DNA of 64,000 bases from Lachnospiraceae bacterium. Lineage in GTDB: Bacteria; Bacillota; Clostridia; Lachnospirales; Lachnospiraceae. This document shows, piece after piece, positions 10,782-21,930 of the stretch; position 1 is the stretch's first letter, and every line of letters starts with the position of its first letter. Under the pieces are notes generated by a model. That model made no database searches and was not told where the DNA came from. It saw only the letters and a list, made by a program, of their open reading frames with translations. The stretch lies in contig JAFUGL010000023.1 in assembly GCA_017469405.1 (NCBI GenBank), forward strand, positions 1,111 through 65,110. The letters run 5' to 3'. The position numbers and the translations under genes are program-made.

Positions 10782-11198
10782 TTATTTCACTTGTGAATCA
10801 AATTTCTTTATCTCTTCTATCGCCTGTTTTATAAGCTTACCTGTCGAAAAATCATCTATCCCGACTATTATGTTGTCACAATGATTAAACGGAATCAAAA
10901 TTCTCTTTGCACTACTCTGGGAAACAGCGAGGGCCATCTTAGGCGTAACCTCACCCAAAAGCGCATCAGCTATAATAATCCCTATAGGACCAACAATTAT
11001 ATCTGCTTTGCGGCATCCAACCATAACAGAATTTTCTCCGGTTGCTGCCTCATCCGCACCTGCCTTAAGCATGGCAGTTGTCGCTGTACTGTTAGTACCC
11101 ACTGCCAACACATATGCATCCTCAATATTTTGCTTTAAAGCTGTAACAAGCTGCTTTCCTACACCGCCACCCTGGGCATCAATAACAAGTATCGTCAT
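10782..11198 (-). CDS. DUF3842 family protein
   Basis: ILVIDAQGGGVGKQL, AVGTNSTAT, GADEAATGEN as recalled for the family. Confidence 0.8.
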   Translation of the reverse strand: MTILVIDAQGGGVGKQLVTALKQNIEDAYVLAVGTNSTATTAMLKAGADEAATGENSVMVGCRKADIIVGPIGIIIADALLGEVTPKMALAVSQSSAKRILIPFNHCDNIIVGIDDFSTGKLIKQAIEEIKKFDSQVK

Positions 11199-11402
11199 AT
11201 TATCTTCTCCATAAAATAAAAATCAATCTCTAAATAGTTTAACACCATAAAAAGCAGAAAACAATAATTATATAAAACAAAATAATAATATAAAACAAAA
11301 TAATAAAATACAAATCAAAACTCAAGTCAAAGATACAATACAACCTTAAACGCAAGATGTTTGGATTGACTAACCATATGTTTAAATGTTAAATTAAAAT
11401 CC

Positions 11403-11492
11403 CATGAGGGAGTAGCAGGCACATTAATTATGTGCAGTAAGTCAACATACTGATTATTATAATCTGGCTTACTTTAATTTGCGAGACTCATG
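11403..11492 (+). promoter_or_regulatory. yybP-ykoY (Mn2+) riboswitch aptamer
   Basis: GAGGGAGTAGC...GTCAACATAC...GCGAGACTC conserved blocks, P1 CATGAG/CTCATG, directly upstream of mntP. Confidence 0.88.
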
Positions 11493-11537
11493 TATGACGT
11501 TAGTTATGCATGAATTCCCTTCATTTATAGAGTTTTC

Positions 11538-11567
11538 AGGTATAGCTTACGGCTATACCTTTTTTTA
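11538..11567 (+). terminator. Intrinsic terminator of the riboswitch expression platform
   Basis: AGGTATAGC-TTACG-GCTATACCT followed by a T run. Confidence 0.85.
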
Positions 11568-11695
11568 TGCGCAGAGCTTCCAAAAGGAATATGCCAGCTA
11601 AAGCTGACCGGCAGCTCGCGCACGAGTAGGGTGCGATTACATCTTCCCTACTCGATTTGACTCAAAGATAAAATTAAAAAAACAGGAGAAAAATA

Positions 11696-12382
11696 ATGTT
11701 AGAATTCGCTTTTATCGCAAACAGCATATTGCTCGGAATAGGTCTTGCCATGGATGCATTTTCTGTTTCAGTTGCGAACGGTCTAAATGATGCAAACATG
11801 AAAAAATCCGGCAAGATTAAAATAGCCGGAACCTTTGCATTTTTTCAGTTTATTATGCCGCTTATCGGTTGGTTTCTTGTCACAAGGATTGCAGAAAAAT
11901 TTGAAAAGTTCCAAAAATTCATACCTTGGATAGCTTTATTCTTACTTTTATTTATAGGAATAGATATGATAATTGAAAGCATCAAGGATTCCGAAGAAAA
12001 AAAAGAAACCAAGGACGATACAAAGCTTCAAAAAGGCGAACATAATTTATCCTCTGATGAAGCAAAAAACAAACATGAAAAATCATCTGATTCAGCTCAA
12101 AAAAAAGAGGCATTAACCCTTGGTTTTATGACACTTATGCTTCAAGGGATTGCAACCTCTATAGATGCTTTATCTGTTGGCTTTACCATATCTGATTACG
12201 GATTTAAGCCGGCATTATTATGCTCTCTTATAATAGCTGTCGTAACATTTATAATCTGTATAATAGGACTTCGTATAGGTATACATTTTGGAACGAAGCT
12301 TTCCAAAAAAGCTGCTATACTCGGCGGTTCTATTCTTATATTTATAGGTCTTGAAATTTTTATTAAAGGACTATTTTTCTAA
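11696..12382 (+). CDS. mntP: Manganese efflux pump MntP
   Basis: GLAMDAFSVS and ATSIDALSVG duplicated motifs; upstream Mn riboswitch. Confidence 0.92.
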   Translation: MLEFAFIANSILLGIGLAMDAFSVSVANGLNDANMKKSGKIKIAGTFAFFQFIMPLIGWFLVTRIAEKFEKFQKFIPWIALFLLLFIGIDMIIESIKDSEEKKETKDDTKLQKGEHNLSSDEAKNKHEKSSDSAQKKEALTLGFMTLMLQGIATSIDALSVGFTISDYGFKPALLCSLIIAVVTFIICIIGLRIGIHFGTKLSKKAAILGGSILIFIGLEIFIKGLFF

Positions 12383-12430
12383 TTTTTAACAAAATGTTCT
12401 TAATTAGAAATCTAAAAGTTGCAAAAAGCA

Positions 12431-12895
12431 TTAACGCAAATTATCAAAGTCAAACTTTAGCTGCTCATACTCTTCGTTCTTTTCCCGGTCAGAACGTCCG
12501 TCTTTTTTCTGTCCAATTAACTCCTCTTTCTTCTCATGACTGACGTACCCTTCCATCTCTTTGCCAATCCATTTCATTATGACCTCAACCACATAGTCTT
12601 TTTCCTGATTGGTCAATTCTTTCCCAGGCTTGATATGATGCCACTTCTTTAGGCAGCCTCTGCAGCAGCAGGCGGTGGCATGCTGTGCTATAAACACAGG
12701 ATGACCTTTCATTGGAGTCTGTTTTCCGTCATTTGCAATAAATGCAGCGGCGATTTTTTTATTGATCAAATCCTCCGCATGCTCCCTTATGGTCTCTATT
12801 CCCTTATCAGCCACATACTGCTTGTCCTTATCTTTTAAATGAAATCTGCTTCTGAACTTTGACCTTGAAAGTTTTTCAAACAAATCCTCATACAT
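12431..12895 (-). CDS. DUF4186 family protein
   Basis: SKFRSRFHL, NDGKQTPMKGHPVFIAQHATACCCRGCL. Confidence 0.85.
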   Translation of the reverse strand: MYEDLFEKLSRSKFRSRFHLKDKDKQYVADKGIETIREHAEDLINKKIAAAFIANDGKQTPMKGHPVFIAQHATACCCRGCLKKWHHIKPGKELTNQEKDYVVEVIMKWIGKEMEGYVSHEKKEELIGQKKDGRSDREKNEEYEQLKFDFDNLR

Positions 12896-13010
12896 AATCT
12901 ATTCCTCTCAATGTGTATCATGTGGCAAATGTTTCATATGATGTTCAAGATGGCAAGGCATAGTAACAGACACTTTATCACACCTTAGTGTGAAAAAACT
13001 CCTTGCTAAA

Positions 13011-14240
13011 TTATTTCTCATCCTTCTTTTTTTCTTTCTTATCCATATACATTTGAGCATCGGAAAAAGCTATATGATCCTGAATCGGAACCTCACCGTT
13101 TTCCATAGTACTTAGTCCAAAGGAAACACTTAACTCCCTGTCCTTTATTATAAAAATCTTTTCCATCTCATTAAGCTTAACTATATAATCTCTTGCCTCT
13201 GTCTCTGACACACCAGGCAAAAAAATCACGAACTCATCTCCACCGGTTCTGAACATAATACTTTTTTCCGGAAGAATAGTTTTAAACAGCATAACTGCCA
13301 TTCTTATATATTCGTCACCAACCATATGTCCGTAGATGTCATTTATCTCCTTAAGTCTGTCACAGTCCGCAGTTATAATGCTTAACGGATATGTAGATTC
13401 ACTTATCCTTTCTACAAATTCATCAAAATACGACCTGTTATATATACCTGTCAGTTCATCTGTGACAGCACGCTTTTTAAGTTCTCTTTTCAAAAGCTCC
13501 TGTTCGGTGACATTATTGATAATCGCTATTATTCCTCTTACTCTTCCGTCAGGATATTTCAAAGGCTCTTTTATTATCTGCAAAAACTCCTGCTTACCAT
13601 CTTCATTTTCTTCGATAACATATGAAGTACCTATTCCGGTTTCTATCAGTTTCAGGTCACTCTCATAGGCTGCCCTTGCATTTTCCTTATCCCTACGGAT
13701 TTCCATATCCGTCTTACCTCTTATGGTCCAGTCCGGATCGTCATAGTTATCAAGATGATGCCAATACTGTGAGCAAAATACGTATCTTCCATTAGCATCC
13801 TTAAGATATATGAGTGACGGAAGAACCTTTAGCATATTGCCTATTTCCGAAAATGAAACGGAATTAATACTCTCTACCGCCCTTTCAATTCTGTTAAGCA
13901 CAACCCTCTTTGATTGTCCTGCTTCAATTACATCCGCGACCGCATCTCCCAGATATATCTCATCCTTATCTGCATTTTCCTTATCTGTCAAAACCAATGC
14001 CGGTATTGCAAAAATATATGTATTGGATTCACTGATAAAATCCAAAAGTGCATTAATATTATTAATTGATGAAGGATTGTCAATTATTACCGCAGTAATG
14101 CCATCTAACAATTCCTTCAGCTTTTCCAACGCTCCCTCAACATCATTTACTCTGATAAGCTTATACTTTCCAGAAATAATCTTATCAAAATAATTAAGCC
14201 TGTCACTCTCACCGGCTGCCACTACAAGTATGCTTTTCAT
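13011..14240 (-). CDS. Diguanylate cyclase (degenerate receiver-like domain, PAS, GGDEF)
   Basis: DELTGIYNR, NDIYGHMVGD, FRTGGDEF; PAS-like YLKDANGRYVF. Confidence 0.9.
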   Translation of the reverse strand: MKSILVVAAGESDRLNYFDKIISGKYKLIRVNDVEGALEKLKELLDGITAVIIDNPSSINNINALLDFISESNTYIFAIPALVLTDKENADKDEIYLGDAVADVIEAGQSKRVVLNRIERAVESINSVSFSEIGNMLKVLPSLIYLKDANGRYVFCSQYWHHLDNYDDPDWTIRGKTDMEIRRDKENARAAYESDLKLIETGIGTSYVIEENEDGKQEFLQIIKEPLKYPDGRVRGIIAIINNVTEQELLKRELKKRAVTDELTGIYNRSYFDEFVERISESTYPLSIITADCDRLKEINDIYGHMVGDEYIRMAVMLFKTILPEKSIMFRTGGDEFVIFLPGVSETEARDYIVKLNEMEKIFIIKDRELSVSFGLSTMENGEVPIQDHIAFSDAQMYMDKKEKKKDEK

Positions 14241-14546
14241 TCAAATCGCTCCTTAATGTAAAAAAGTTTCGTCAAAGCACAAAGATAACATATATTATAA
14301 TCCTAAATCAGCCATAACTCAACCATTTTATCAGCAACTATAGCTGTAATTCACACAATTTAAACCCATAAAAAAATATGACAAAGTTCCTGTACCCGCA
14401 TCACAAAATCATGACATAATTTCCCTGATAATATTGATATGATTTTAACGCTGTGGTAAAATAAAGTTTAGTATTTATATATGGTTTCTATTCTATAAAA
14501 TGATTAATAAATAACTTAAATTTGTGCGTAAAGGAGCGAAAAGTAG

Positions 14547-16259
14547 ATGCAAACCAGAAAAAGGAGCATATCATTTAAAATACAGCTTTTGTTAATCTTA
14601 GTAATTGTAATCTGTGTCACAGCACTTTCGATATTCTTAAGAATAATATTAAAATCCTATCTTCTTGATGAAAAAAAGGACAGTACCAAATCAATTGCCG
14701 AGCTTGCTGCCATTGATATTGATGCGGATGATTTTCAGGCAATAATTGATGAAGGTGGCGAAACGGATGCCTATGACAGAATTCTTGATACACTCTCACC
14801 TTATATGGATGTGGAGGGAGTAACCTTTATTTACACCATGACCAAGGATGAAGATGATACACTGTATTATGTAGTGGATGCTGACCCTGATGATCCGGCG
14901 GATGCGGGAGAAGAATATGAAGATACTACAGATATTATGGTAAAAACCTTCGAGGGTAAATCCTTATCCGAAGGCGAAATCACCTCTGACGAATGGGGAG
15001 ATTTCATGTCAAGCTACGCTCCTGTTTTTAAAGATGGAAAAGTAATCGGTATAGTCGGTGTTGACTGCGATGTTACATATATCGGCGAAGCATTAAATAC
15101 AATCATGAAAAGATTTATAATAGTTGCATGCTGCTTCCTTGTTTTAGGAATTATATTTGCATTCTTTATGAGCAAGTCATTAAAGAAAAATTTCGTTATG
15201 CTTAACAACAAAATCCTTGATATAGCAAGCGATGACGGAGACCTTCGTAAAACCGTTGACATACGTACCGGCGACGAATTTGAGGTTGTCGGCGAGAGTC
15301 TCAACACACTTCTTCAAAAGACAAGAAATACCATGAGTGTCGCTCAAAGCTCTTCAAGAGAAATAAGCGGCGGCTCAGGAGAAATCGCCATGTCGGTAAA
15401 TGAAGTCGGCGAGCAGATAAGTCAGATCAAGACTGCTGCGGCTGAGATAACCAAGGCTGAAAGCAGCGCCCTTGGCAATATGGAGGATATGACCAATCAG
15501 TCTGCTCTTGCACTTGAAAATACGGAAAACGTGGAAAGAGAGCTTGCTCAATCCGAAGAATTAATAAATGAAATCACAGAACTTTCAAAGGAATTGAGTA
15601 ATTTTGTAAACGATGCCGCCAATAACTTAAGGGATAAAAACGAAGAAATATCAGCAGAACTTAATAACAGTTTGGAAGCAGCAGGTGCAGTAGCCGAGAT
15701 AAAAACTCTTACTGCTGCTATCCTTGATATCGCGGAACAGACCAATATGCTTTCTTTAAATGCAAGTATAGAAGCTGCCAGAGCAGGCGAAGCCGGAAGA
15801 GGTTTTTCAGTTGTAGCAACCGAAATCGCCAAGCTTGCAAATGATTCCGGTGAAGCTGCTGAAAAGATAAGTATCATCGGCGAATCCATCATAGATATAG
15901 TTGAAAGCTTAGGCTGTGTATCAAGTGAGATGATGTTGTTTGTATCCGACAATGTAATGAATGATTACGAACAGTTCCAGAATTACGGTAATGAATACTA
16001 TGAAAAAGCTCAGGAAATCTCTGAGCGTACAAAGCTTATATATGAAACTACAAAAGCTTTAAGAGACGGTATGAACAGTATGTCAGATTCTGCCTCCTCC
16101 ATGCTTGCTGCATCAGAGGAAAACCTGGCAACCATTCAGGGTATCGCGGACAATCTTCAGGACATTGACAATTCTATGCAGTCTGTCAAGGCAAAAACCA
16201 ACGACAACTTAAACGCAATAAACAGCATGAATTCAGTTGTAGGCGGATATAAAATATAA
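14547..16259 (+). CDS. Methyl-accepting chemotaxis protein
   Basis: Two TM helices, extracellular sensor, [25 protein letters not shown]. Confidence 0.95.
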   Translation: MQTRKRSISFKIQLLLILVIVICVTALSIFLRIILKSYLLDEKKDSTKSIAELAAIDIDADDFQAIIDEGGETDAYDRILDTLSPYMDVEGVTFIYTMTKDEDDTLYYVVDADPDDPADAGEEYEDTTDIMVKTFEGKSLSEGEITSDEWGDFMSSYAPVFKDGKVIGIVGVDCDVTYIGEALNTIMKRFIIVACCFLVLGIIFAFFMSKSLKKNFVMLNNKILDIASDDGDLRKTVDIRTGDEFEVVGESLNTLLQKTRNTMSVAQSSSREISGGSGEIAMSVNEVGEQISQIKTAAAEITKAESSALGNMEDMTNQSALALENTENVERELAQSEELINEITELSKELSNFVNDAANNLRDKNEEISAELNNSLEAAGAVAEIKTLTAAILDIAEQTNMLSLNASIEAARAGEAGRGFSVVATEIAKLANDSGEAAEKISIIGESIIDIVESLGCVSSEMMLFVSDNVMNDYEQFQNYGNEYYEKAQEISERTKLIYETTKALRDGMNSMSDSASSMLAASEENLATIQGIADNLQDIDNSMQSVKAKTNDNLNAINSMNSVVGGYKI

Positions 16260-16337
16260 AATTATATTGATAAATTTGTTAGAAAATGGTTTAATTATAT
16301 TATGATTATTTAGCTATTTGAAATGGGAGGTTAAGGT

Positions 16338-18074
16338 ATGGATAATGGCAGAAAAACTATAGCACTTTTACTTAGTGCGCTGGATAACAGTTACGATGAA
16401 TCGCTTTGTAAGGGAGTAAATCTTGCCTGTCAGGAGCTTGGATATAATCTTGTAGTTCTTCCCGGTAATTATATAAAAAGAGAAGTTACTGCAAAGGATA
16501 AAAAACCATTTATATATCAGTTCAATACCATATATGATTGCGTCAATGCATCCAATATATCAGGTATAATTATCGCAGCCGGAAGTATCGGTGCATTTAC
16601 AAATGAAGACGGTGTACGCAGCTTCCTGGATAATTATAAGGATATCCCAATGGTTCTTGTATCTTCGATATATAGCGGATATACATGTGTCAATTATGAT
16701 AATTCAAACGGAATAAGAGACGGACTTGAATACCTTGTTGAAGTCTGCGGATGTAAAAAATTCGGTATGTTAAAAGGTCCTTCCGGAAATTCAGAATTTA
16801 ATCAGCGTTATGATACATTTATGGAGATGATGAATAAATATCATATTACCGTAACCGAAGATAACATATGCAATGTTCACCCTTCGGACGATAATCATGA
16901 TGCATGTAAGGCATTTCTTAAAAAGAATCCTGATATCGAGGCTGTATTTTGTATCAATGATTATTCTGCCCTTGATCTGTGCGACGAGATAAAGGCTCTC
17001 GGGAAAACTCCGGGACACGAGATAAAGGTGCTCGGATATGATAATACTATTCAAAGTTCAAAAGCTATACCGCCTCTTGCAACTATCTCTGCTGACCCTG
17101 TTACACTCGGACACGAAGCAGCTGCATATCTTGACATCAAGATGAAAGGAAGCAATGTTGATTCCATCAATCTTCCAGCAACTCTTGTAAAGAGAGATTC
17201 TCTTGGAACAAATGATAATGCATATATAGGTTCAAGCAGTACAAGACATCTTGCAGAGATGGATACAGATGAAGCCTTTGATTACATCTTCTATCGTCTG
17301 AGAAGAAGCGGTAAATCCAAGGACCAGCTTCCGGAATATAAAGCATTTGTCAAGCTGATTGAAAGTCTGAAGCTTTTCATGAATATGGAAACCATCGATG
17401 ACGATGCATACTTTATGGTATCCAGATACTTTGGAGAATTTGTTGAATGCAATGCTACCAGATATGCAGATATTGAAAATCTTACAAGATATATAGATCA
17501 GATTAAAGTAGATTCAGTCACCCATATGGAGCTGGAATCACAGATTAACTTTGAATATATATATCAGGATCTTTATAAGACAATACTTCAATCAACAGAC
17601 AGTGATATAAGAGCCTCAGAAGACAGAAATGTATTTACCAGAGAAGATATTAAAAAATTCGTTCAAATAACCGGTGATATCAAAGATGGAAATGATGAGA
17701 ACTACACCAAACTTCTCTCTCACTTGGGTGGACTTCAGGCAAAGAACGGATATATTTATATGCTTGACGAACCTGTCATCCATGAAAACATGGAACGCTT
17801 TGTACCAAAGGGAAGCTTTAAATTAAAAGCATTTATTCAGGATGGCTCCATCTGGAACATCCCTTCCGATAATCAAAGTGTAGAACTTAGCAATTTATTT
17901 AACAACGACTTTTTGGGAGGAAATCATTTTTCCATGGTTATGCTTCCACTATACTTTGACAAAACAGTTTATGGATTCATATTACTTGAACTTACAGACA
18001 AGATATATCCTAACTGTGAATTTATTTCATTCCAATTAAGTCAGAGTGCAAGACTAATCAATCTTTTGAAATAA
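16338..18074 (+). CDS. LacI-type sugar-binding-domain protein with no evident HTH or output domain
   Basis: Periplasmic-binding-protein-like motifs EAVFCINDYSA, KVLGYDN, PPLATI; no N-terminal HTH. Confidence 0.7.
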   Translation: MDNGRKTIALLLSALDNSYDESLCKGVNLACQELGYNLVVLPGNYIKREVTAKDKKPFIYQFNTIYDCVNASNISGIIIAAGSIGAFTNEDGVRSFLDNYKDIPMVLVSSIYSGYTCVNYDNSNGIRDGLEYLVEVCGCKKFGMLKGPSGNSEFNQRYDTFMEMMNKYHITVTEDNICNVHPSDDNHDACKAFLKKNPDIEAVFCINDYSALDLCDEIKALGKTPGHEIKVLGYDNTIQSSKAIPPLATISADPVTLGHEAAAYLDIKMKGSNVDSINLPATLVKRDSLGTNDNAYIGSSSTRHLAEMDTDEAFDYIFYRLRRSGKSKDQLPEYKAFVKLIESLKLFMNMETIDDDAYFMVSRYFGEFVECNATRYADIENLTRYIDQIKVDSVTHMELESQINFEYIYQDLYKTILQSTDSDIRASEDRNVFTREDIKKFVQITGDIKDGNDENYTKLLSHLGGLQAKNGYIYMLDEPVIHENMERFVPKGSFKLKAFIQDGSIWNIPSDNQSVELSNLFNNDFLGGNHFSMVMLPLYFDKTVYGFILLELTDKIYPNCEFISFQLSQSARLINLLK

Positions 18075-18085
18075 ATGAGTCATGA

Positions 18086-18226
18086 GGTGTGAGCCTTGTC
18101 ACATCCAATTAGTATATAAGACTGTATAAAAAAATATGCAAAGCATGGCGTTGAGTATCACGTGCCATGCGTGCATATTTTTTTATACAGTCAAAGTATA
18201 TTAATATAGGTGACAAGGCTCACACC
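18086..18226. repeat. REPIN-like long palindrome, copy 3
   Basis: 17-bp arms GGTGTGAGCCTTGTCAC (18086-18102 / 18210-18226), inner 20-bp perfect IR (18120-18139 / 18173-18192), core GCATGGCGTTGAGTATCACGTGCCATGC. Confidence 0.85.
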
Positions 18227-18240
18227 CTACACACTCTTTT

Positions 18241-19542
18241 TTACTCTGTTCCTTCTATTATTTCATTGATTTCATCACAGATTACATCAGCACATTCTTC
18301 TGCGGTTGCTTTATCGAAGATATACTCATCAGCACCTTGTTTAAATGCATCTATTATGCTTTCATTTTCTATGTTTGGAATTATGAGCTGTAGGTTTTCC
18401 TGATGCTCATTCATTTCCTCGATAGCCTTATATTCATTGGTTTCAGATAAGCCTTCTTCGTTCAAAATCTCGATTGCTTTTTTACTAACAGGAACTCCTT
18501 TTTCTGTCTGCTGAAGCTTAACCATATATGGATCATTTAAAAGATAGTTTAAAAGCTTTGCAGCCTCTTCAGGATGCTCAGTATTTGAACTTATCGCCCA
18601 CATGGTTGCAGGTTTGGTGTACCATCCGGAACGCTTGGCACCGGGTAAAACAGGGTACATACATCTGCTAACATTTGCACCTGTTTCCGCAAGTCCGTCA
18701 CAGTAAATCTTTGTATCACTTACCCAGCACATAGTACCGGCTATCTCACCGGACATATATCTGTTTCTGTCAAATGTATCGACCGGACAAAGAACATGCC
18801 CATCGATAAGACTCCTATAAAACTCGATAAGCTCTGTCATTTCATCCTTACTTATTGCAAGTGTTCCATCCTGATTAAACATCTGTTTTCCGCTACTTTG
18901 CTCATAATACGAGATAATAAGTATGAACATCTGCTTTTTGCTCATTCCAAGCACGTATCTGTCATCCTTACCAAGTGCCTCTCCCATTTCAAACAAGTCA
19001 TCCCATGTCTTCGGAAGACTCAAACCGTATTCATCAAGCACATCCTGATTATAATAAAACACATGTGTATTCATCGCAATCGGAAGTGCATTGAGCTTTC
19101 CGTTCTTTGTACCATATGCCTTTTCTTCTTCTGTGAAATTATCGAGGTCAATATATTCAGAAAGTTCATTTAAATCATAGAACCCTTCACCATCAGAAGA
19201 ATACATATCAAGCCATGCATAATTAATCTGCATTACATCCGCCTCGTTATCTGATTCCATCCATACCTTAGTACGCTTTTCATAGCCATTCCACTCGCCA
19301 TACCTGTATGAAACCAAAACATCCGGATAAAGCTCCTGAAAATGATCTACTCCCTCCATGGTATATATGTGTCTGGCATCATTTCCCCACCATGAAAGCT
19401 GTATCACGGTTTCTCCCTGATGAGTGGTAGTATAGCTTTTACCGTATCCGGCATTAAAATTAACCTTTACAAGAGTAAACACAAGAAGAGCGGTCATTAT
19501 GAAAAATATAATAATAAAAGTAAATCGTGCTTTATTTTTCAT
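18241..19542 (-). CDS. Sugar ABC-type solute-binding protein (TogB-like), N-terminal TM anchor
   Basis: QLSWWGNDARH, ADVMQINYAW, HPEEAAKLLNYL. Start MKNKARF overlaps the end of the upstream GGDEF gene. Confidence 0.85.
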   Translation of the reverse strand: MKNKARFTFIIIFFIMTALLVFTLVKVNFNAGYGKSYTTTHQGETVIQLSWWGNDARHIYTMEGVDHFQELYPDVLVSYRYGEWNGYEKRTKVWMESDNEADVMQINYAWLDMYSSDGEGFYDLNELSEYIDLDNFTEEEKAYGTKNGKLNALPIAMNTHVFYYNQDVLDEYGLSLPKTWDDLFEMGEALGKDDRYVLGMSKKQMFILIISYYEQSSGKQMFNQDGTLAISKDEMTELIEFYRSLIDGHVLCPVDTFDRNRYMSGEIAGTMCWVSDTKIYCDGLAETGANVSRCMYPVLPGAKRSGWYTKPATMWAISSNTEHPEEAAKLLNYLLNDPYMVKLQQTEKGVPVSKKAIEILNEEGLSETNEYKAIEEMNEHQENLQLIIPNIENESIIDAFKQGADEYIFDKATAEECADVICDEINEIIEGTE

Positions 19543-21058
19543 CGTCTTCTGCCTCCTCTCCGTAGAAAGTATAGCATGACTTTCCATTATTTTTAGAGAT
19601 ATAAAGTGCACTATCTGCTTTTTCATATAAATCCTTAAAGTCCGTACCGGACACTTCCTTTATATAAACTCCGGCGCTTATGGAAAGCTCGCACTGTTCT
19701 CTCTCATATTCAAATTCTTCTGAAAATGCCTCGATAACCTGTTCCATCCTTTCAATGGCTGCTGCCTTTATATCCTCTATAGGAACATCCTTGCAGCCGG
19801 TATAAAGAGCAAATTCATCTCCGCCCAAACGTCCGATTATAGTCTGATTATTGTATAGTTTTCTAAGCAGCTTACCCATACGGATGATGACCTGATCACC
19901 ATAGCTATGTCCAAGTCTGTCATTTATCTGCTTAAAGTTATCCATATCCATCATTACAAATACGACAAGATCATCCGAAGGTTCCTTTTTAAGTTCATTT
20001 TCCACAGATTCCTGAAATGTGGCTTTATTCATTACACCCGAAAGTCTGTCTATCTCTGCCTTATCCTGAAGTGACGAAACCATACCATCCATAGGTTTAG
20101 ATAGCTTAGTTATTATAACAAGTCCGACAAGCACAAACATCATGGCAAGCGCACCGGATATCCTTAATGTAAAAGATTTAAGCTCCTGATTTTCCTTTAA
20201 AATAATATCAGTAGGAACAGAGCACACAACCCTCCAGCCATTAAAACAAACATTGGTATTTATCAAATAATCACGTGTAACTATACTGCTTGAATTTCCG
20301 GCATCAAAAAATTCATCTTCAATATTTTTAAGTATCTCATCCGGCAGCTTTTCTCCGATTTCCGAATCGTCAGATGAATACATAATTGTATTTTCATCAT
20401 CCACAAGTCTAATCGTCATCTCATCAAGCTGCTCAGGATAAACAAATACAGACGCAAGCTCTCTTGTATAAATTGAAGAAATCAAAATCGCATTTGGATT
20501 TAATCTTTTGATATAGTACATACGGTCGGAATTACCGTTTACACCAAAGCACCAGCCATCATTTTTCTTAGGATTTGTTATATAGCTTGAAAATGTATCA
20601 TAGATACCGCCATCCTTAAACAAATCCTGTGTTCCGTGAGAAACCCAGCCAACCTTATGATCATCTGCAAAAACAATTCCAAAATCAGAATAATTATCCA
20701 TAAGACCTATGTCGACGATTCGATTTTTTATAGTCTCTTCATTTTTAACCTTATCATAATCTTCCATTTTTTCATCTGTTTCATCATAAAGATAATAGAC
20801 TTCATCAGAAAAAAGAAGTGTAGGTGTAGTCTCCATACGCTCCAGATATGAATTGATATTAAGCTCAAGCTGTCTGCTGTTTGCTGCTATAAGATCCGAA
20901 ACCTTTTCCTGCATAGCCTGTCCTGTACGGTCAAGGATAATATAATCAAGAAAGGCCGTAACAATTATTATGAGCATAGCAAATACAAACAACACCTCAT
21001 ATTGAAACAAACGAAAGCGTTCATCCGAACGTTCACGCTTGCGATTTTTATCTGACAT
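19532..21058 (-). CDS. Membrane sensor diguanylate cyclase (Cache-like + GGDEF)
   Basis: Two TM helices, DMDNFKQINDRLGHSYGD, GRLGGDEF. Confidence 0.9.
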   Translation of the reverse strand: MSDKNRKRERSDERFRLFQYEVLFVFAMLIIIVTAFLDYIILDRTGQAMQEKVSDLIAANSRQLELNINSYLERMETTPTLLFSDEVYYLYDETDEKMEDYDKVKNEETIKNRIVDIGLMDNYSDFGIVFADDHKVGWVSHGTQDLFKDGGIYDTFSSYITNPKKNDGWCFGVNGNSDRMYYIKRLNPNAILISSIYTRELASVFVYPEQLDEMTIRLVDDENTIMYSSDDSEIGEKLPDEILKNIEDEFFDAGNSSSIVTRDYLINTNVCFNGWRVVCSVPTDIILKENQELKSFTLRISGALAMMFVLVGLVIITKLSKPMDGMVSSLQDKAEIDRLSGVMNKATFQESVENELKKEPSDDLVVFVMMDMDNFKQINDRLGHSYGDQVIIRMGKLLRKLYNNQTIIGRLGGDEFALYTGCKDVPIEDIKAAAIERMEQVIEAFSEEFEYEREQCELSISAGVYIKEVSGTDFKDLYEKADSALYISKNNGKSCYTFYGEEAEDDEK

Positions 21059-21133
21059 GTAAGTAATCCTCCGCTAGTGTACTGTACATAATTATATAAT
21101 TATTTTATTTAACATTCAAGTAAGGTAAAAAAA

Positions 21134-21166
21134 ATGTGTCAACGAAGATTATCTCCGTTGACACAT
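21134..21166. repeat. REP-like hairpin, probable terminator of upp
   Basis: ATGTGTCAACG...CGTTGACACAT. Confidence 0.65.
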
Positions 21167-21174
21167 CTGTTAAA

Positions 21175-21807
21175 CTATTTCGTTCCGAAAATTCTGTCAC
21201 CGGCATCTCCAAGTCCCGGGCAGATATACGCATCCTTATTGAGACATCTGTCAACCTGTGCTACATAAATCTGAACATCCGGATGCTCACTTGCAACCTT
21301 TTCAAGTCCATCAGGCGAAGCGATGATTGTCATATATTTGATATGCGTGCCACCTGCTTTTTTTATCTGCGCCAATGCATCACAAGCAGAGCCTCCTGTT
21401 GCAGTCATCGGATCAAGCACAACTATCAATCTGTCTTCTATAGGTTGAGGGAGCTTACAATAATACTCCTGTGGAACCTTTGTCTCCTCATCACGATACA
21501 TACCGATATGTCCAACTTTTGCAGCCGGAACAAGTGTAAGCATACCGCTAACCATACCAAGTCCCGCTCTTAAAATCGGAACAAGCGCCGGCTTTTTACC
21601 TGCTATAAACGGTGCCATACATTCCTCTATAGGCGTTTCAATCGCAACATCCTCAGTAGGCAAATCTCTGAGTGCCTCATATCCCATGAGCATAGCCACT
21701 TCCTCAGTAAGCTTACGAAACTCATTGGTACCTGTATTTTTATCTCTCATCATGGATATTTTATGCTTTAGAAGCGGATGATTAATTACTGTGATATTTT
21801 CTCTCAT
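21175..21807 (-). CDS. upp: Uracil phosphoribosyltransferase
   Basis: [34 protein letters not shown]. Confidence 0.97.
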   Translation of the reverse strand: MRENITVINHPLLKHKISMMRDKNTGTNEFRKLTEEVAMLMGYEALRDLPTEDVAIETPIEECMAPFIAGKKPALVPILRAGLGMVSGMLTLVPAAKVGHIGMYRDEETKVPQEYYCKLPQPIEDRLIVVLDPMTATGGSACDALAQIKKAGGTHIKYMTIIASPDGLEKVASEHPDVQIYVAQVDRCLNKDAYICPGLGDAGDRIFGTK

Positions 21808-21884
21808 ATAAAACTTTCCTCCCCTTGTAAACTACAACTAATTATATACTTAAATTATTTTATATTCAAGTACAGCAAAGAAAA

Positions 21885-21913
21885 ATGTGACATGGTTTAT
21901 GTCCATGTCACAT
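21885..21913. repeat. REP-like hairpin downstream of the large adhesin gene
   Basis: ATGTGACATGG...CCATGTCACAT. Confidence 0.65.
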
Positions 21914-21930
21914 ATCTCAAAAATGAAAAA

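Noticed and set aside
11980-12115. Long charged loop in MntP
   Set aside because: Variable cytoplasmic loops are common in this family, and no metal-binding motif is evident.
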